A stretch of 64,000 nt of DNA from Bugula neritina (lineage: Eukaryota; Animalia; Bryozoa). The stretch spans positions 1,054,001 to 1,118,000 of the forward strand of contig OZ037772.1 of assembly GCA_964035545.1 (NCBI GenBank), in the 5' to 3' direction. The notes below the pieces were generated by a model. That model was given only the letters and a program-made list of their open reading frames with translations. It was not told the origin of the DNA and did not search any database. A program made the translations under genes and the position numbers. Every line of letters starts with the position of its first letter. Position 1 is the stretch's first letter. Below are positions 34,821 through 48,381 of this stretch, in pieces.

Positions 34821-36704
34821 GCCATGAAAAATGTGAAGAAACGTACCCTCAACATGTAGACATTGCATTGCCAATCTGAGTTAATGTCAAAGTTTAGCTC
34901 TATTTCCTAATGATACTTCCTTCTTGAATATCAATTGTACTGCTATCACAAACACTAGTTACAGTAGTATAAAAAAGATCAAATGGCTGGAATTATTGAA
35001 AACAAGCTGACGAGAAAAAATACAGCATTTGGAAGTTTAAACTCAAGTAAGCAGTATAATAAGCGCCTCTACGGCTATGGAAGTAAGCATCTTGCAGCAA
35101 CAAACTTGTCAAAAGTAGGAGTTATCTCCGCTCGACGAATGTTTACTTATGGTTTAGATTGGCAATGTTATTACTGCATAAACAATATAATATGCGGTTC
35201 TATGTGTATTGTGTAACAGTTAGCACTCAGGTTACTATTCTGTGAGACAAATTTGGGATTTGCTCTACCAAAAGAATTGAAACTATAATATATATGTTTT
35301 GTATAACATGTTTATCTATTTGATGATAATATTGAAGCAAGCAAAATTACAATAACAAAATATTACAAGACATTAACCAAACCAAAACAAAGATTATCCT
35401 AGCCATCCTTTGAAATCTTGCTGTGTAATACTAGCAAACATAAATTGATAAGTCTGACAATCGAGATAGATAAGTTATACAAATTAAATACATAAGAGAA
35501 CTGCAGTTAGAACACCAATATTAAAATATTTCCTTCAACGGAAATTTTTGTAACCTTAAAATAAATTCTCCAATTCAAATATTTCTCGAATATAAAATTG
35601 TGCAGCTTCAGAAATTCAAATATTTTCTCCAATATAATTTGTGAAGACTAGAAACAAATTTCTCAATTCAAATATAAATTTGTGCAGCTTTAAGATAAAA
35701 TTTCTAATTCAAATATTTTCTTCAAATAAACTTATGCTGTTTCAAAATCAATAAATCAAATCAACAATTTTTCTTTAAATAATTCATGCCGCTTAAAAAT
35801 TAATAGATCAATTCAAACAAAATTTCCTCAAACAAGTTTTTGCTGCTTCTAAAGAAAACTAATACACTTGTTAGTCTAAATAACAAAAGAGGTTAAGAAT
35901 ATCCTTAACATAAAATTGTAACATTACTTACTGCAGCCAGTCTATATTATCGATATTTGTATCAATTAGTCAGTTTTCTAGACGTCCCCCCCCTAATATA
36001 ATTATTACTGCTGCTATATCTTCTATGCTCCAATCGTCTTTAGCTGCTTTTATCTTCTTGTATATCTATCTTCATTCGTCATTTATCATTCATCCTTTTT
36101 CTATTTTCAGAAATTCAGCTCCTTTTGTACCAAATCTTTTTGGCAATGGTTCAGATTTTAAGGATACCGACAATAACTGACCAATGAAAACCAGCGGCAG
36201 ACTGACGTAGAACTCGGTTAGGTATGTTGGCAGCCAAGATAGGGATTGACGTAAGAAGGATCTGTTGTTATTGGCTCATCTTTGTATATTGTGGGCTATA
36301 TCATCAATAATTGTACAGCAATCCTTAATCTAAAAAATAACTTTAAAACTATAATATGATAAAATGTATCAGTCGATGCTCACGTGTTGACCTTTGTAAC
36401 AGGCTGATCAATGTCAAAAAATTTATTATGCGTTTGAAACATTATATCATCTACATGTTGGTGTAAACAAATATTTACACATATGTGTATCTCTATTTAT
36501 GAACAGCATCTGCTATATGTTTCAGCTTTTTTATTCATTCCCATTTGTTCATCAATTAGTGCTTTATTTCAAAAGTCAATATTACAAATTTCAACACGTG
36601 ATCATGGCATGTGGTACTATCCTAACACACAATTACTTATCTAAAAGCCACACTACTAAATAATACTATATTTGCATTATCTAAAGAAGCTATAAAACCA
36701 TGTG

Positions 36705-36706
<2 letters not shown>

Positions 36707-36798
<92 letters not shown>

Positions 36799-36908
36799 TC
36801 TACTATCGCCAAGGTGTGGGCCATGGTACTCTGTTGTGTGCTGATGAGGGGACAAACCCCGAAACAGCTGCTGTCCACAGATTGAGGTATATATATATAT
36901 ATATATAT
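36707..36908 (+). mobile_element. Short Penelope-like/retrozyme-type fragment (36796-36887) between two (TA)n tracts
   Basis: ~92 bp of unique sequence carrying a hammerhead motif, flanked on both sides by (TA)n. Confidence 0.6.
36837..36879 (+). ncRNA. Type I hammerhead ribozyme
   Basis: TGTG-CTGATGA-GGGG acaaa CCCC-GAA-ACAG ctg CTGT-C-CACA. All conserved core nucleotides are present, three helices can form, and the GUC cleavage triplet is at 36873-36875. Confidence 0.85.
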
Positions 36909-38295
36909 TTAATAATGCATTAAACAATTTCTATGCAAGACCGAAATATTTAACTTACTCAAAACTTGTACATTTGAACTTTCAACTTCACTCAATTATT
37001 GGGCCTCATGCATCATAAAACTTTTGAACTTGTTTTATATTCTTTCTTGGATGTTGTAGATAAACTGTAGTCTACATACCGTGGTGGAGCAGATATAAGA
37101 ATTTATAATTGCATCAACCCGTTGCAGCAGCCATCTTACTGGAAATCTCAAACAAACCTCAGCATCGCCAAAGCCATATTTTAGCGAGCTGACAGAATAT
37201 CTCAGAGACATAACTTGTAAAGTACAGAAGTAAGAATTGAACACAAAGGACAGTATATGTATAATCCTGCCTTCCATCAAGGATATAGCTTTCTTAAAGG
37301 ATTTTCTGAGAATAATGATACAAATATTACCACTTCAGCTTAACAACTTATGACATAACGGTTACATTGGATATCATTTTCTAGATTTCATATTTGTCTG
37401 TGTTTTAGTACTGCCAAGGATATCACTCAGCACTAAATGGACAAAATTGCTTCTTTTAATTTGGACACTATGCTGGAGAAAGGCCAATATATATGAATTG
37501 GATAAAGAAACTAGTAAATTATTCAGTGTTATAACTTATAATTAAACTTTGAACGAGCTTTGCTCTGATTGGTTTTTTCTGACTTATCGTAATATATATC
37601 TATATCTAGCCAGGGTTTTGTGCCTACATAGTAATGTACACGTTCTATGATAAGAGTAATTGAATGCAAATATAAATGAACATAATTTTTCTGATTTTAG
37701 TCTAGTTATGTTATAAGCATTAGATAACTTGTTTTTGAGACAGCGGGGTGAGAGCTTTGTAAAAAATTTAGCCTAATTAGAATTTCTGTAATAGATAAAC
37801 TTTACTAGCTCCTTAACAATTCAATTGAAGTTGAGTAAAAATATACATCAGATTACCAGTTCAAAGTAAAAGACTTTGAAGGCTAATAACTTACTACGAG
37901 CATTTTAAACAAATAACAAGAGACTAAATTCAAAACCAATTTATAATTATTCTTAGCATATGACAAGTATGAATGTTACAGCTGCTCTTATACAATGTAC
38001 TTGTACAGCTCTTACTCATCCTAGTATGTTTAACTGACATAGAATCCTTGTCTTTCTAGGGACTCCGCACATCGTTGGAGTGCAGAGGTCATCTCCAACA
38101 AAAGACTTTGAATTAAAGTGGATAAATAAAAGTAAGCGCTTGTAATGTTTTTCAGCTCTAATTAAAGTTCCCAAAATGTTATTGTTGGTAAGTTTCAGGC
38201 TCAAGAATAATCTTGTATTTTCTTATTAAAAAACAAAAAGAGAAAAAAAAAGAAAATAAGGGTCCTCAGTCGCAAAAACCAAAAGATAGCTTTTC

Positions 38296-38911
38296 CAGAG
38301 GTGTGGACATATTCAAAAGTTTCAAATTTGGGGAAGGAGAATCTATAGAGGTTCACAAGGATGTCCTAGAAAAATTTGACAACTTTTGTAAAAAGACCTC
38401 CAACAAAATAATCAAGAGACATCAACTGCTATCAATAGATGAGTATGTCACCAACTTACATTGTTTATGAGCTTGATAGAGATAAAACTTCACTCAATAC
38501 CAGAGACATATTTTCAAATATTGTTTTTTTTGTGTTTGCAGGTAAAAGACCATTTCCATGTGATGTCTGTGGCAAGGCTTTCAAGCGCAGAAAAATCTGA
38601 TAAAGAGGATAAAACAAAAATGGCCATTCTAATGCGGACCATTAGACCCAGAGGTGTAGACATATTCAAAAGTTTCAAATTTGGGGAAGGAGAATCTAAA
38701 GATGTTTAAAAGGATGTCCTATATAGGAAAATTTGACAACTTTTGGAAAAAGACCTCCAACAAAATAATCAAAACACATCAACTGCTATCGACAAAACAA
38801 GAATGCTTATCAATAGATGAGTATGTCACCAACAGCTTACATGGGATCGCCAGAAAATGTGACCTTGGTGACATGTATGATGTCTTTTTTATGCAGGCCT
38901 TTCTTCTTGGC
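38296..38911 (+). mobile_element. Two tandem partial copies of a degenerate Gypsy gag (38296-38461, 38588-38911)
   Basis: RGVDIFKSFKFGEGE...SIDEYVT(N)LH; near-identical to part of 41030-41350. Confidence 0.8.
38542..38587 (+). pseudogene. C2H2 zinc-finger exon stub
   Basis: Polypyrimidine tract and CAG acceptor, then (G)KRPFPCDVCGKAFK, cut off by gag sequence. Confidence 0.65.
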
Positions 38912-38914
38912 ATA

Positions 38915-39232
38915 TATAATTTTGTATGCTCACATGGAACTATAGAAGGAAATGTCAGCTAGAAGAGGAAGGAAATGGAGGTCAAGGCCAGCAACGCAAT
39001 ATCAAGGTCAACTGGAAGAAAGTAGTTTTAGGTCACGACTTGTCATTCTCAATTATGGCGGCTAGTTTGAGCACATTTTTGGACTAGAAGAGGAAGGAGA
39101 CAAGGAGACCACAGAACTCTCTGGGGAGGGAGGTAAAACACGCTTCAGCTACAAAGCAAGAGTTGAAAAGAGAAATAATTGGAAAAAGTTGAAATTTTAC
39201 TCCATTTGATCCAAAATTAACAGATATTAATA
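38915..39232. repeat. ~315-bp dispersed repeat; second copy at 45897-46213
   Basis: TATGCTCACATGGAACTATAGAAGG...CAGATATTAATAA, nearly identical in both copies. Confidence 0.9.
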
Positions 39233-39439
39233 AGAGTTGCAATCACATGTTCTCCTGTAGTTTTCAGAACAAAAGAATGCTTTTGTTGAGCAGAGTCTTA
39301 AGCTTGGTGACTTGACAAAATTGCTTTGATCTTAGATAAGTCACAAAAGCATTTATTTGTAGTTAATCTAAATACTAATATAAGACATTTATAAACTAGA
39401 TCTTAGTTTTAGGTCATATATAGTATGAAATTTTACAGA

Positions 39440-40540
39440 CATGAAGAAACAACTAAAGGAGGTGCTGGATGGGCAGAAAAAACTGATGGCTATAATCACT
39501 GATAGCCATAGTGGCAAAGACAATATAACTGAGCAGCTGGAGGAGCCGCTAAAAACAATACAAGAGTTTGAATCTCATGAAGAACTTCTCCAATCCTCAA
39601 GAGAAAAACGTTCTGCTCTGGTACATAGTATGCTACTATATAATATAGATTGTATAGCTAGTTTAAAAACTTTTGGTGTATAATATGCAATATATAACAT
39701 CCTGGCGTAGTTGATATTAGAATACAATTTCTAGTGAACTGTAGATTTTCAAGCTATAAAGTGTGTTTCTCTTATGAAATGTTTCTCATTAAAGTGTTAG
39801 AAAAAATATTTGCCCCACTGCAATAACACATTGAATGTATTCATGTAAATTCCTGCTATGAAATATAGGTGCATTAATGTTGTAAACAAAGTTTCTTTTC
39901 CAACTGGGAGGAAAAAACTGCGCAGATATGGTGAAAAGAGCCATGAGAAGAATTGGCACCAATGGGCTGTGGAGCCAATTCAGTATGAAGGGCAAAGCCC
40001 ATAAACAACATAAAAAGCTGTCTCTAAAAATATATTGAAATAAAATCTGTATCAAAACTTATCAAATCTCTGGGGCTGCATCAGCAGTTAAAATAGTTGT
40101 TGAGTTGTTGAGTTTAGAATAATTGCTCATCTAAAAATTTACTGCATTCACTAAGTTTTACTTTCTAATTATATTTCAGAAGCTCTGCTGAAAAGTAAAA
40201 GTAATAAAGAAATAGATATAGAGATTGAAGTATCGCTATTTTTGTCGCAGTGCCCTTATCAACTGGGAGGGGATAAGTATAAAAAGACAAGTTTGCAAGA
40301 TGAGGTTTTTGTTCTGTTGTTTTTCATTTTTCTTAACAAAATAAAATAGCCATTACAGAGATCGGTGTAGGATCGCCAACCTTTCACCAATGTTGTATGA
40401 AAACCATTTATGCAACGTTATGCAACACAACGTTTATGGAACGTCGGTGAAAGTTTTGCGATAAACGTTTGTTTTAAAAGTTGTATATAGTACAAAAATG
40501 TGTCGACATTTAAACGTTTATTAAACAATTTGTAAATTGT
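39440..40540 (+). mobile_element. DUF4806-like spliced ORF remnant plus AACGTT-rich subterminal repeats (CMC/EnSpm-type DNA transposon remnant)
   Basis: PLKTIQEFESHEELL / FLFQLGGKNCADMVKRAMRRIGTNGLWSQFSMKGK / EVSLFLSQCPYQLGG, followed by clustered AACGTT and CAAC motifs at 40375-40530. Confidence 0.5.
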
Positions 40541-40929
40541 TGGTGGAGTGATTGTTAAAGAACTAGGGGGATGTTTTGATGGCTCTATAACTGAACCTGA
40601 AGAATCAGCTAGTGCTATACTAGACTGACTATACAAAGATATCAAGCAAGGCTATGTCAATTATTGTACTTGCTATGAGCGATAATTTGCTATACCTCAT
40701 AACCAGCTGCACAGAACCATAGCAATATACCACTGACAGGGTGGGTGGGAGCATGACTAGCAGAGACTTAGCAATTATAAACTAGGTCATGGGGCACTTT
40801 ACAAAAACACAGAATCAGAAAGCAAGTCAGGAAACTGACAGTGCCTTCCTCCTATCAAAAAGGGAGACAATCAACTACTAACCAAAAAAATACTTAAACT
40901 GACACTTCATCTAAATTCGTCAAAATAAA

Positions 40930-41720
40930 AAATAGTTGTTGTAAACATGACAACTGCACAAGATGGTGCAGAGTTGTCCACCCAATGGTCTTGCTTCAAG
41001 GAAGAGTTCAACTATTATCTAATAGCCTCAGAAAAATCTGATAAAGAGGATAAAATAAAAATGGCCATTCTAATGCGGACCATTAGACCGAGAGGTGTGG
41101 ACATATTCAAAAGTTTCAAGTTTGGGGAAGGAGAATATAAAGATGTTTACAAGGATGTCCTATATAGGAAAATTTGACAACTTTTGTAAAATGACCTCTA
41201 ACAAAATAATCAAAAGACATCAACTGCTATCGACAAAACAGGAATGCTTATCAATAGATGAGTATGTCACCAACTTACATAGGATCGTCAGAAAATGTGA
41301 CCTTGGTGACATGTATGCTGATTTTTTTATGCAGGCCTTTCTTCTTGGCATCAACGACACGAACAACTTTGTGGAAAATTGTTTGAGGAGTCAGAAAACA
41401 TAGACCTCAAAAAAGCTATTAAAAGTGCAAAGTGGCTGAGAGCTCTCAGAGTAATATGAAGACTATCAAATCGGAAGGAGAATCAATTTATACACTTGGT
41501 TTCAAGGCCGCTAAGGCAAACAAAAGTGCCAAACTGTACTCACGCACAACTGACAAGGAAGCGAATAATCCTGCCAAGTCTAACTGTGGAAACTGTGGCA
41601 ACTCTCATCCTTCCGAAAATGCTTACGGTAAACAGTGTAGTAACTGCAAGAAATCCAACCACTTCAGAGCAGTCTGCAGATCCAGGAAAAACGGCAGAAT
41701 AAATGCAGGCACTGGACACA
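40930..41720 (+). mobile_element. Degenerate Gypsy gag with two zinc knuckles
   Basis: WSCFKEEFNYYLIAS..KMAILM..., CGNCGNSH..AYGKQCSNCKKSNHFRAVC; several frameshifts. Confidence 0.8.
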
Positions 41721-44700
41721 TAGCTAAAACATTAAAGCTTTACCTGCAATGTTTTTACCTTTTTTAGGTTAAATGCAATAAAAAGAAGTGCAGTGTCAAA
41801 TATACATGTAGCTTCAAATAGACTTGCACTCATGGCAACTGAAATTCATGGACAATAATAGTTCTATACTCAAAATACGTGCAGATAAGTCAGTAATAAG
41901 TCTAAAGTTGTGTTTATACCTCTCCTGAACAAAGTATTTGTGTTTCAGTTAATAACACTCTTCAGAGTGCACCCTTATATAGTCTTACTGAAACTTGGTG
42001 ACATTTCAACTTGAATTTAATTGCTGACTAAAAATTTGGAAGGTATAAATGCAACTTAGCAAATATTACCTAAAAACCCTATCTAATAAAATAGTTGTGA
42101 AGTTTTAGCTACATGTAACATTTTAATAGACAAAATTACAATCACCCACCCTAGTGCTTACAAACTACAAAACCTGGTTTGATAACCGGGAATTTTAAAT
42201 AACAATTCATTTCATCAAGATTAGAATTAAAATAAATTTTTTATGGCATTCTCACCAAATAAAGATTCGCTGTTATTGTCCAACTTTGCTCTTTTAATCA
42301 AATTATTAAAAGCACTTTGAACGATAGAAGCTGAGTCTACAAAAGAAGGAAGATGCATGTAAATACAATTTTATATCTGAGTGTTATTCCGTGCATTTAA
42401 TCCAAAAATGTTAATAAGAAAAACTGAAGGCTACTGAGTGTGTGTTACAAAAATGTTATATAAAGCCTGAGATCATGCTTTAAAACACTTTAAATATTGC
42501 ATAATATATATTAAATCAAATAAGTACAGGATCAAAATATATATAGATATTATAATTTATTATATGTATAAATATACATGAAGTGCTAGCATAATGTAGC
42601 TAATATTTTATATTATGATAAGCCATAAGTGATCATTATAATTTTAAACAGTGTATAAGTTCGCAGTCTAAATACAATAAATAGATAGCTGTTGTCCATA
42701 TTTTCAATGCAAGCTGATTAGAAATTGCCAGTGCAGAGTGTGACAGCCGATACTGGTTGCTGTATCAGCTGATAATTGTTGCTGCGTCAGCACGGGTGCT
42801 GTTTGGCACGGATGCCTATGTATTATGATTCACTTAACAAAGGGTGAATGAATTGAGGACACAGATGCAGGCCACAACTCTATTTTTTGTTTATTGCCAA
42901 CAGTATATTTTCTAAGTTAGACTTAGACTCGAACTCATACTGATGCTCATACTGTAACCTATAACCATGAGAATTACAAACATCATGTCAACTCAACATT
43001 GATTACACAGCTGACAAAACATTTAGTTGATGAAGTTCAAAACAAAAGATAATATAATACTTGATACTCACAATTAAGTACAGATTGCCTGCATCTTTAG
43101 CAGGAGGAAAATTGAGCTACAGTGACTCATTGAATAAAAACAGCCAGCAAATAGCTATCTCGAAAGCTTTCACAAATAGCTTTCATTTCACAATGGTTTT
43201 TGGAAAGCTGCCAAAACTCCTGCAACACAGAGATCTATACATGGCCTTCAAAGCTATTAAAATATATTTCATAGAGTTCCAATCACCATTAAAACAAAGT
43301 TTGAGTATAGTAGGCAATATAATTACTGAACAGACTAACTTTAAATATATATTAACGTAGGAGGTCTAACATTATTCTTAAAAACAAAGTAACAAAAGTA
43401 ACAAGCCAAAGTTGCTTTCGAAACAAAATAATGATTTACAGGTATACATTATTAAATTAAAATGTTTGGTATTATATTACACCATATAGTTTTTTTGTAA
43501 GCCTTATGCATGATTGTCTCCCCAATCAACAAGAAGTCATATTATGCAGTTTGATGATTTTAATTATTTAAAAAAGATAATTGTATTTTTAGTAAATTGT
43601 TACATGAAACAAAATTGCACATTTCCTCATAAATTTAACTACAGTTGAAACAACATTATTATTTTTTGGTAAGACTGGAAGATATTAAAATAATACTCGA
43701 CCTAAGAAGATACATACCTTTTGCTGTCTCCAACTTGCTGCTCAACTTTTCATTTTTGCTTTTGGTAAAAACAAGCATTTTTTCTAAGAATTTGGTTATA
43801 TAGTGGTTAAAAGTACTATATGGTTTCCCAGCAAGTTTTACCTTGCTGAAATGTAATTTTCCAGTGTCAGAATAGCAGGTTTGACAAAATTTCTTATTTA
43901 TATACTGCTATAATAGTAACAGAGAAAATTATCTGTTCCTGCAATTACTTCTACTAAGGTCTAGAGAGAGAGTGCATCCCTATAATTATGCAAAAGATAA
44001 TAAACCCTTTGTAGTTCTGTAGTTTCTTTTCATCATCATAATAATCAGGAAGCTTAAGTAAGCTTAAAAGTTTTTAATGTACTAAAAATGGCTGCCAAGA
44101 GTTGTACTTTAGTTTGAGCCTTATAAAAAAACCCTGGAATTAGCCTATTTGGCCGCAACTTCAAAAGCACTGTCATAATTATAAATTCTTTTGAAGAAGT
44201 TTACCCTCAAATACTGTATACAATAAAGAAAAATCTTCAAGCTAGGTGTTCTATTTTTCTTGGTTTTGTGTTATCTCAGTACATGCAAAGTTTATAGTTT
44301 CTATGAGAGACCTTTTTCAACTGGCTGAGCATTATAGCTGAAAATTTTGTCTGCTGTCACTACAACGTGAACTTTTATAATAGGAGATGTTAAGAAATGC
44401 TTGCAGCTTACTTTTGCGACTATAAATATTAGACCCTGTAGCATATAAGACACCAAGTTTCATTCACAATAAACCTAATGGGAATCAAGAGATAATAAAT
44501 TCAAAGTTATTACCACATATTATTGAAAATTATCTATACATGTCTTACTCTTTTTTTGTGTAAGTAATCATATTATATGACTAGCAAGAAATTTAGATTT
44601 TGATATTCACCCATTGCGTGAACAATATTTTTTCTAACTGAATTAATTTACTTGAAAAATTTTCAAAACAGGGAAACCAATTCAGCAACTAGTTCTAAAG

Positions 44701-46439
44701 TTTGAAAAAGGCATGTAGCACCAGTGCTACACTGGTCGTCTGTCTTTAAGAGTAACAATTCCAATAGACCATGTAAAACTCAGCCAATCAGCGAAGTGTA
44801 CCAGGTCAATGTCTTACCATTGTAACTGATATAAAATTCTGCAAGTTCAATTGCAAAATGCATGCTTCTAAAAGCTAGTTGTGCAACTTTTTTTTCATGC
44901 ATCATTTAATTTCATATCTTAAATTGATGGCTTTTGAAACGAAAAAGGGCTGGAAAGCTGCACAACTTTGAGACATTTCTCAAAGAGAAAACAATTCAGC
45001 ATTGTGGGCAAACCACTCCAGGCGGGATAAGCAAACTCCGACAGCTGGTCAAAGTTTTAGCTACAGAAAAGGAAGAATTGCGAGTATTGTAATTATTCAG
45101 TGAGGAAAACAGCATGCTTACCTTGTTCTGGTAACCACTACACAACTGTGAAGAGAAAGGGCTGGAAAGCTACACAACTTTGAGAGATTTCTCATACAGA
45201 CAGCTGTTCTATAAGAAGTGTTACATAAGAGTTGTGACTATTGACTATTATATACAGGGTTGTAGGGATGTGGACACAGTTTTAGGATTTCTTATTTTAG
45301 GAATCCAATATTTTAGTTATGTTATGATATCATTAACTTAGCAGAAGCTTTGGTGGAATTTGATATAATGCTTAATTACTACTCAGAGCAGGATAGTTTA
45401 GTATTTTTTTAAAAAGAACATAATATTATATTTGTATTTTCTTATAAATAGATGTTTATTATACATGCCGATCATAAAAGTCAATTCATTATATGGTATA
45501 CTAAAATTACATCTGTAAATAAACATGTGCATGCTGCAGCTGAAGAATAAAAATAAAATGAGAAGGAAACAAAACGTATTCAACTAGATGAGTCATCAAA
45601 TGACATTGCTGTATGAAATGACGAATTAGGAAAGAGAAAGCCTGTGGAAACAAAGCAACACTGAACTACAATGTGGCTAAAAAATACCAGGTCAACAGAA
45701 ATAATATCAAAACCAGTAAATAAAATAACAAGAGGTGTAAAATGTCAATATAATTACACATAGAAAAAATAGGTGACATACAGAATAAAAACTAACAGTT
45801 TAATATTGATAAAGCTTTTCATTTTCACACAAACATAAAATCTTTACAAGGCATTATTGTATATATAACTATTTGTATTAGAAGAGAGAAACAATATAAT
45901 TTAGTATGCTCACATGGAACTATAGAAGGAAATGTCAGCTAGAAGAGGAAGGAAATGGAGGTCAAGGCCAGCATGCAATGTCAAGGTCAACTGGAAAAAA
46001 AGTAGTTTTAGGTCACGACTTGTCATTCTCAAACATGGCGGCTAGTTTGAGCACACTTTTGGACTAGAAGAGGAAGGAGGCGAGGAGACCACAGAACTCT
46101 CTGGGGAGGGAGGTAAAACACACTTTAGCTACAAAGCAAGAGTTGAAAAGAGAACTAATTGGAAAAAGTTGAAATTTTACTCAATTTGATCAAAAATGAA
46201 CAGATATTAATAAAAAAATTCTACAGATTCTAACGCTGATAAGCCAGGAAAACTATAGCATATTATAATTATATTATCACCTCCATTATATAATAATTAT
46301 ATTACATAATATATTATACTGTTTATATGCCATATTACCATTATATTATATTATAATCATGCTATATTATAAATATGGTATATTATTATATTATACTATC
46401 AATGTACATGACTTGCACCAAGTAGATGCCAATTGTTAC

Positions 46440-48320
46440 CTTTTCTGTGTTGGCAACTTGGGGCAGAACTCTTTTGGGTCGAATGTCTGAAATAGATGGG
46501 GAAGAGATGATTCACCGCCCCTAGCAGAGGCGTGATGTCAGGAGAAGAACCCGAGGCTAAGTTACGACAACTTCTCATGGTGTTGGCGGCTTTGAGAAAG
46601 ATAGCTCTGTCGTACTCCTTGCCTGAAGACAGGAAACGGGTCATTGTACTTCCATAAAGGAAACGTACATGAACTGTATCAGAAGCTCAAACTAACGTCT
46701 GTTAATAGTAATGGAAGATATAACAATCCTAATGAGAATTAAAGGCTCTATTATTAGTAATCATCAGATATTTGAATTTGAATTGTGGGAGGCTAACGCA
46801 CTCACCCTGAGTAAACATCAGTTTGAACAGAGCACTGAGGTTATCTCCAATACTGTTGAGACTAGCTATAGCCTGGGAGCACATATCATATTGCAGCCAC
46901 GGGTCTACCTTAGTAAGTTTCATACCTTCCAACTGTAAAAAGACGACAGAGCGAATAAAAATGAATAACTGAACAGAGAATACATTCCATAACAGGTGGT
47001 TGTCAGGTGGGTGATATTCACTACTGCTTCCCTCTGATCGCGTGATGTAACAGTCAAATATGACATCACATGTCGACTCACTCTACCCTGCGGGTGGCTG
47101 TGACAAGCAGTGCTCCACACTCAGACCACCCACAGTCCAAGCACCTGGAGCACTGCCCACACATGGCAACAAGTGACAAGACAAAGTGCTGGGGATAACT
47201 AGCAATACAAAGAGAATTAACAGTCAGAGTATGAAGCTGGTACTCACAAGTTTGAAGGTGTTCCCAATATCATCTCTATAACTGGTTAGAAAGGATTGCA
47301 CTTGGTTGAGGACTCTGTTAACAGCACCATAAATATCCTCTTCAGCGTGGCAGTTGCCGGCACCTGCACAACATGAAATAACTACCACCTGCTATCCGTT
47401 GACATATGTGAGACCAGTTGCTAGTGACATCAAATGACAGGTACTTGGTTAGCAAATTTATACAAAGATGAGAGTTCTACTGTCACTTGATCAAAGCTTC
47501 CGACACTCTTTGCCTAGTGTGACTCATAAGTTATATATGACTTAGGCTAGCAGGTAAGCATGAGCTCATTTTATAAGCTATGTAGCTCAAAACTATGCAA
47601 GCATCGTACCATAAAGAGACACCACTATACACCGCACCATTAGTATGAGAGTCTTCATAAGAACTAAAGCTACACTCAAGCCCCACCAGCATGATAGAAT
47701 ATGTCACAGACACTTACTATTGCACATATAGTCTATGAATGAGAGGGTTGCAGTTAGCTTCTCTGTAGATGTATGGATACATTGAGCAAAGGCACCTTGG
47801 GCACATGCCATGCGCACATCTGTTGACAGCTGTCAAGTACATGGCAGTACATATTGATGAACAGGTTTGAATGTAATCAACCAGGATTACTGCCACGTTA
47901 TAAAAACACAGGGTCTAAAAACTTAGATCTATTTGAGAGACTTTAAATCTTGGTGAAGAGAAAATACAACTCATCAGAAATATGTACAAATTATTACTAA
48001 CTGGTATGTATCATATAGTATGTATTACAAATATTATAAGAAAGCCTGTCTAATGCAAAAACACTAAGTGCACTTGTTACTGCTACTACAACCATTGGAC
48101 AATCACCTGCATGAATTTAATGATGAGCCTGGATATCTTATTGCTGAGCTGTGACATCCTCTGCACAGTGTCTGCAAGGTGCTCGAGTCAATATCATCAC
48201 ACACACTAGAGCACAGCTGGCACTGTTCCATCAACACCTCCGATGAGGTCACCAGTTGCAGACAACACGTCCCTGTAGCTTCTTGACGCTGAGAATCTTC
48301 TGGCTCTATAAGTTTGTATA

Positions 48321-48381
<61 letters not shown>

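Noticed and set aside
44712-44749. Hairpin TGTAGCACCAGTGCTACA followed by ...GTCTTTAA, as a Helitron or Kolobok end
   Set aside because: No CTRR end follows the hairpin and no matching opposite terminus was found.
46806-47830. Faint resemblance of some exons to INPP4-type phosphatase helices
   Set aside because: Only a few residues match and no CKSAKDRT catalytic motif was seen.
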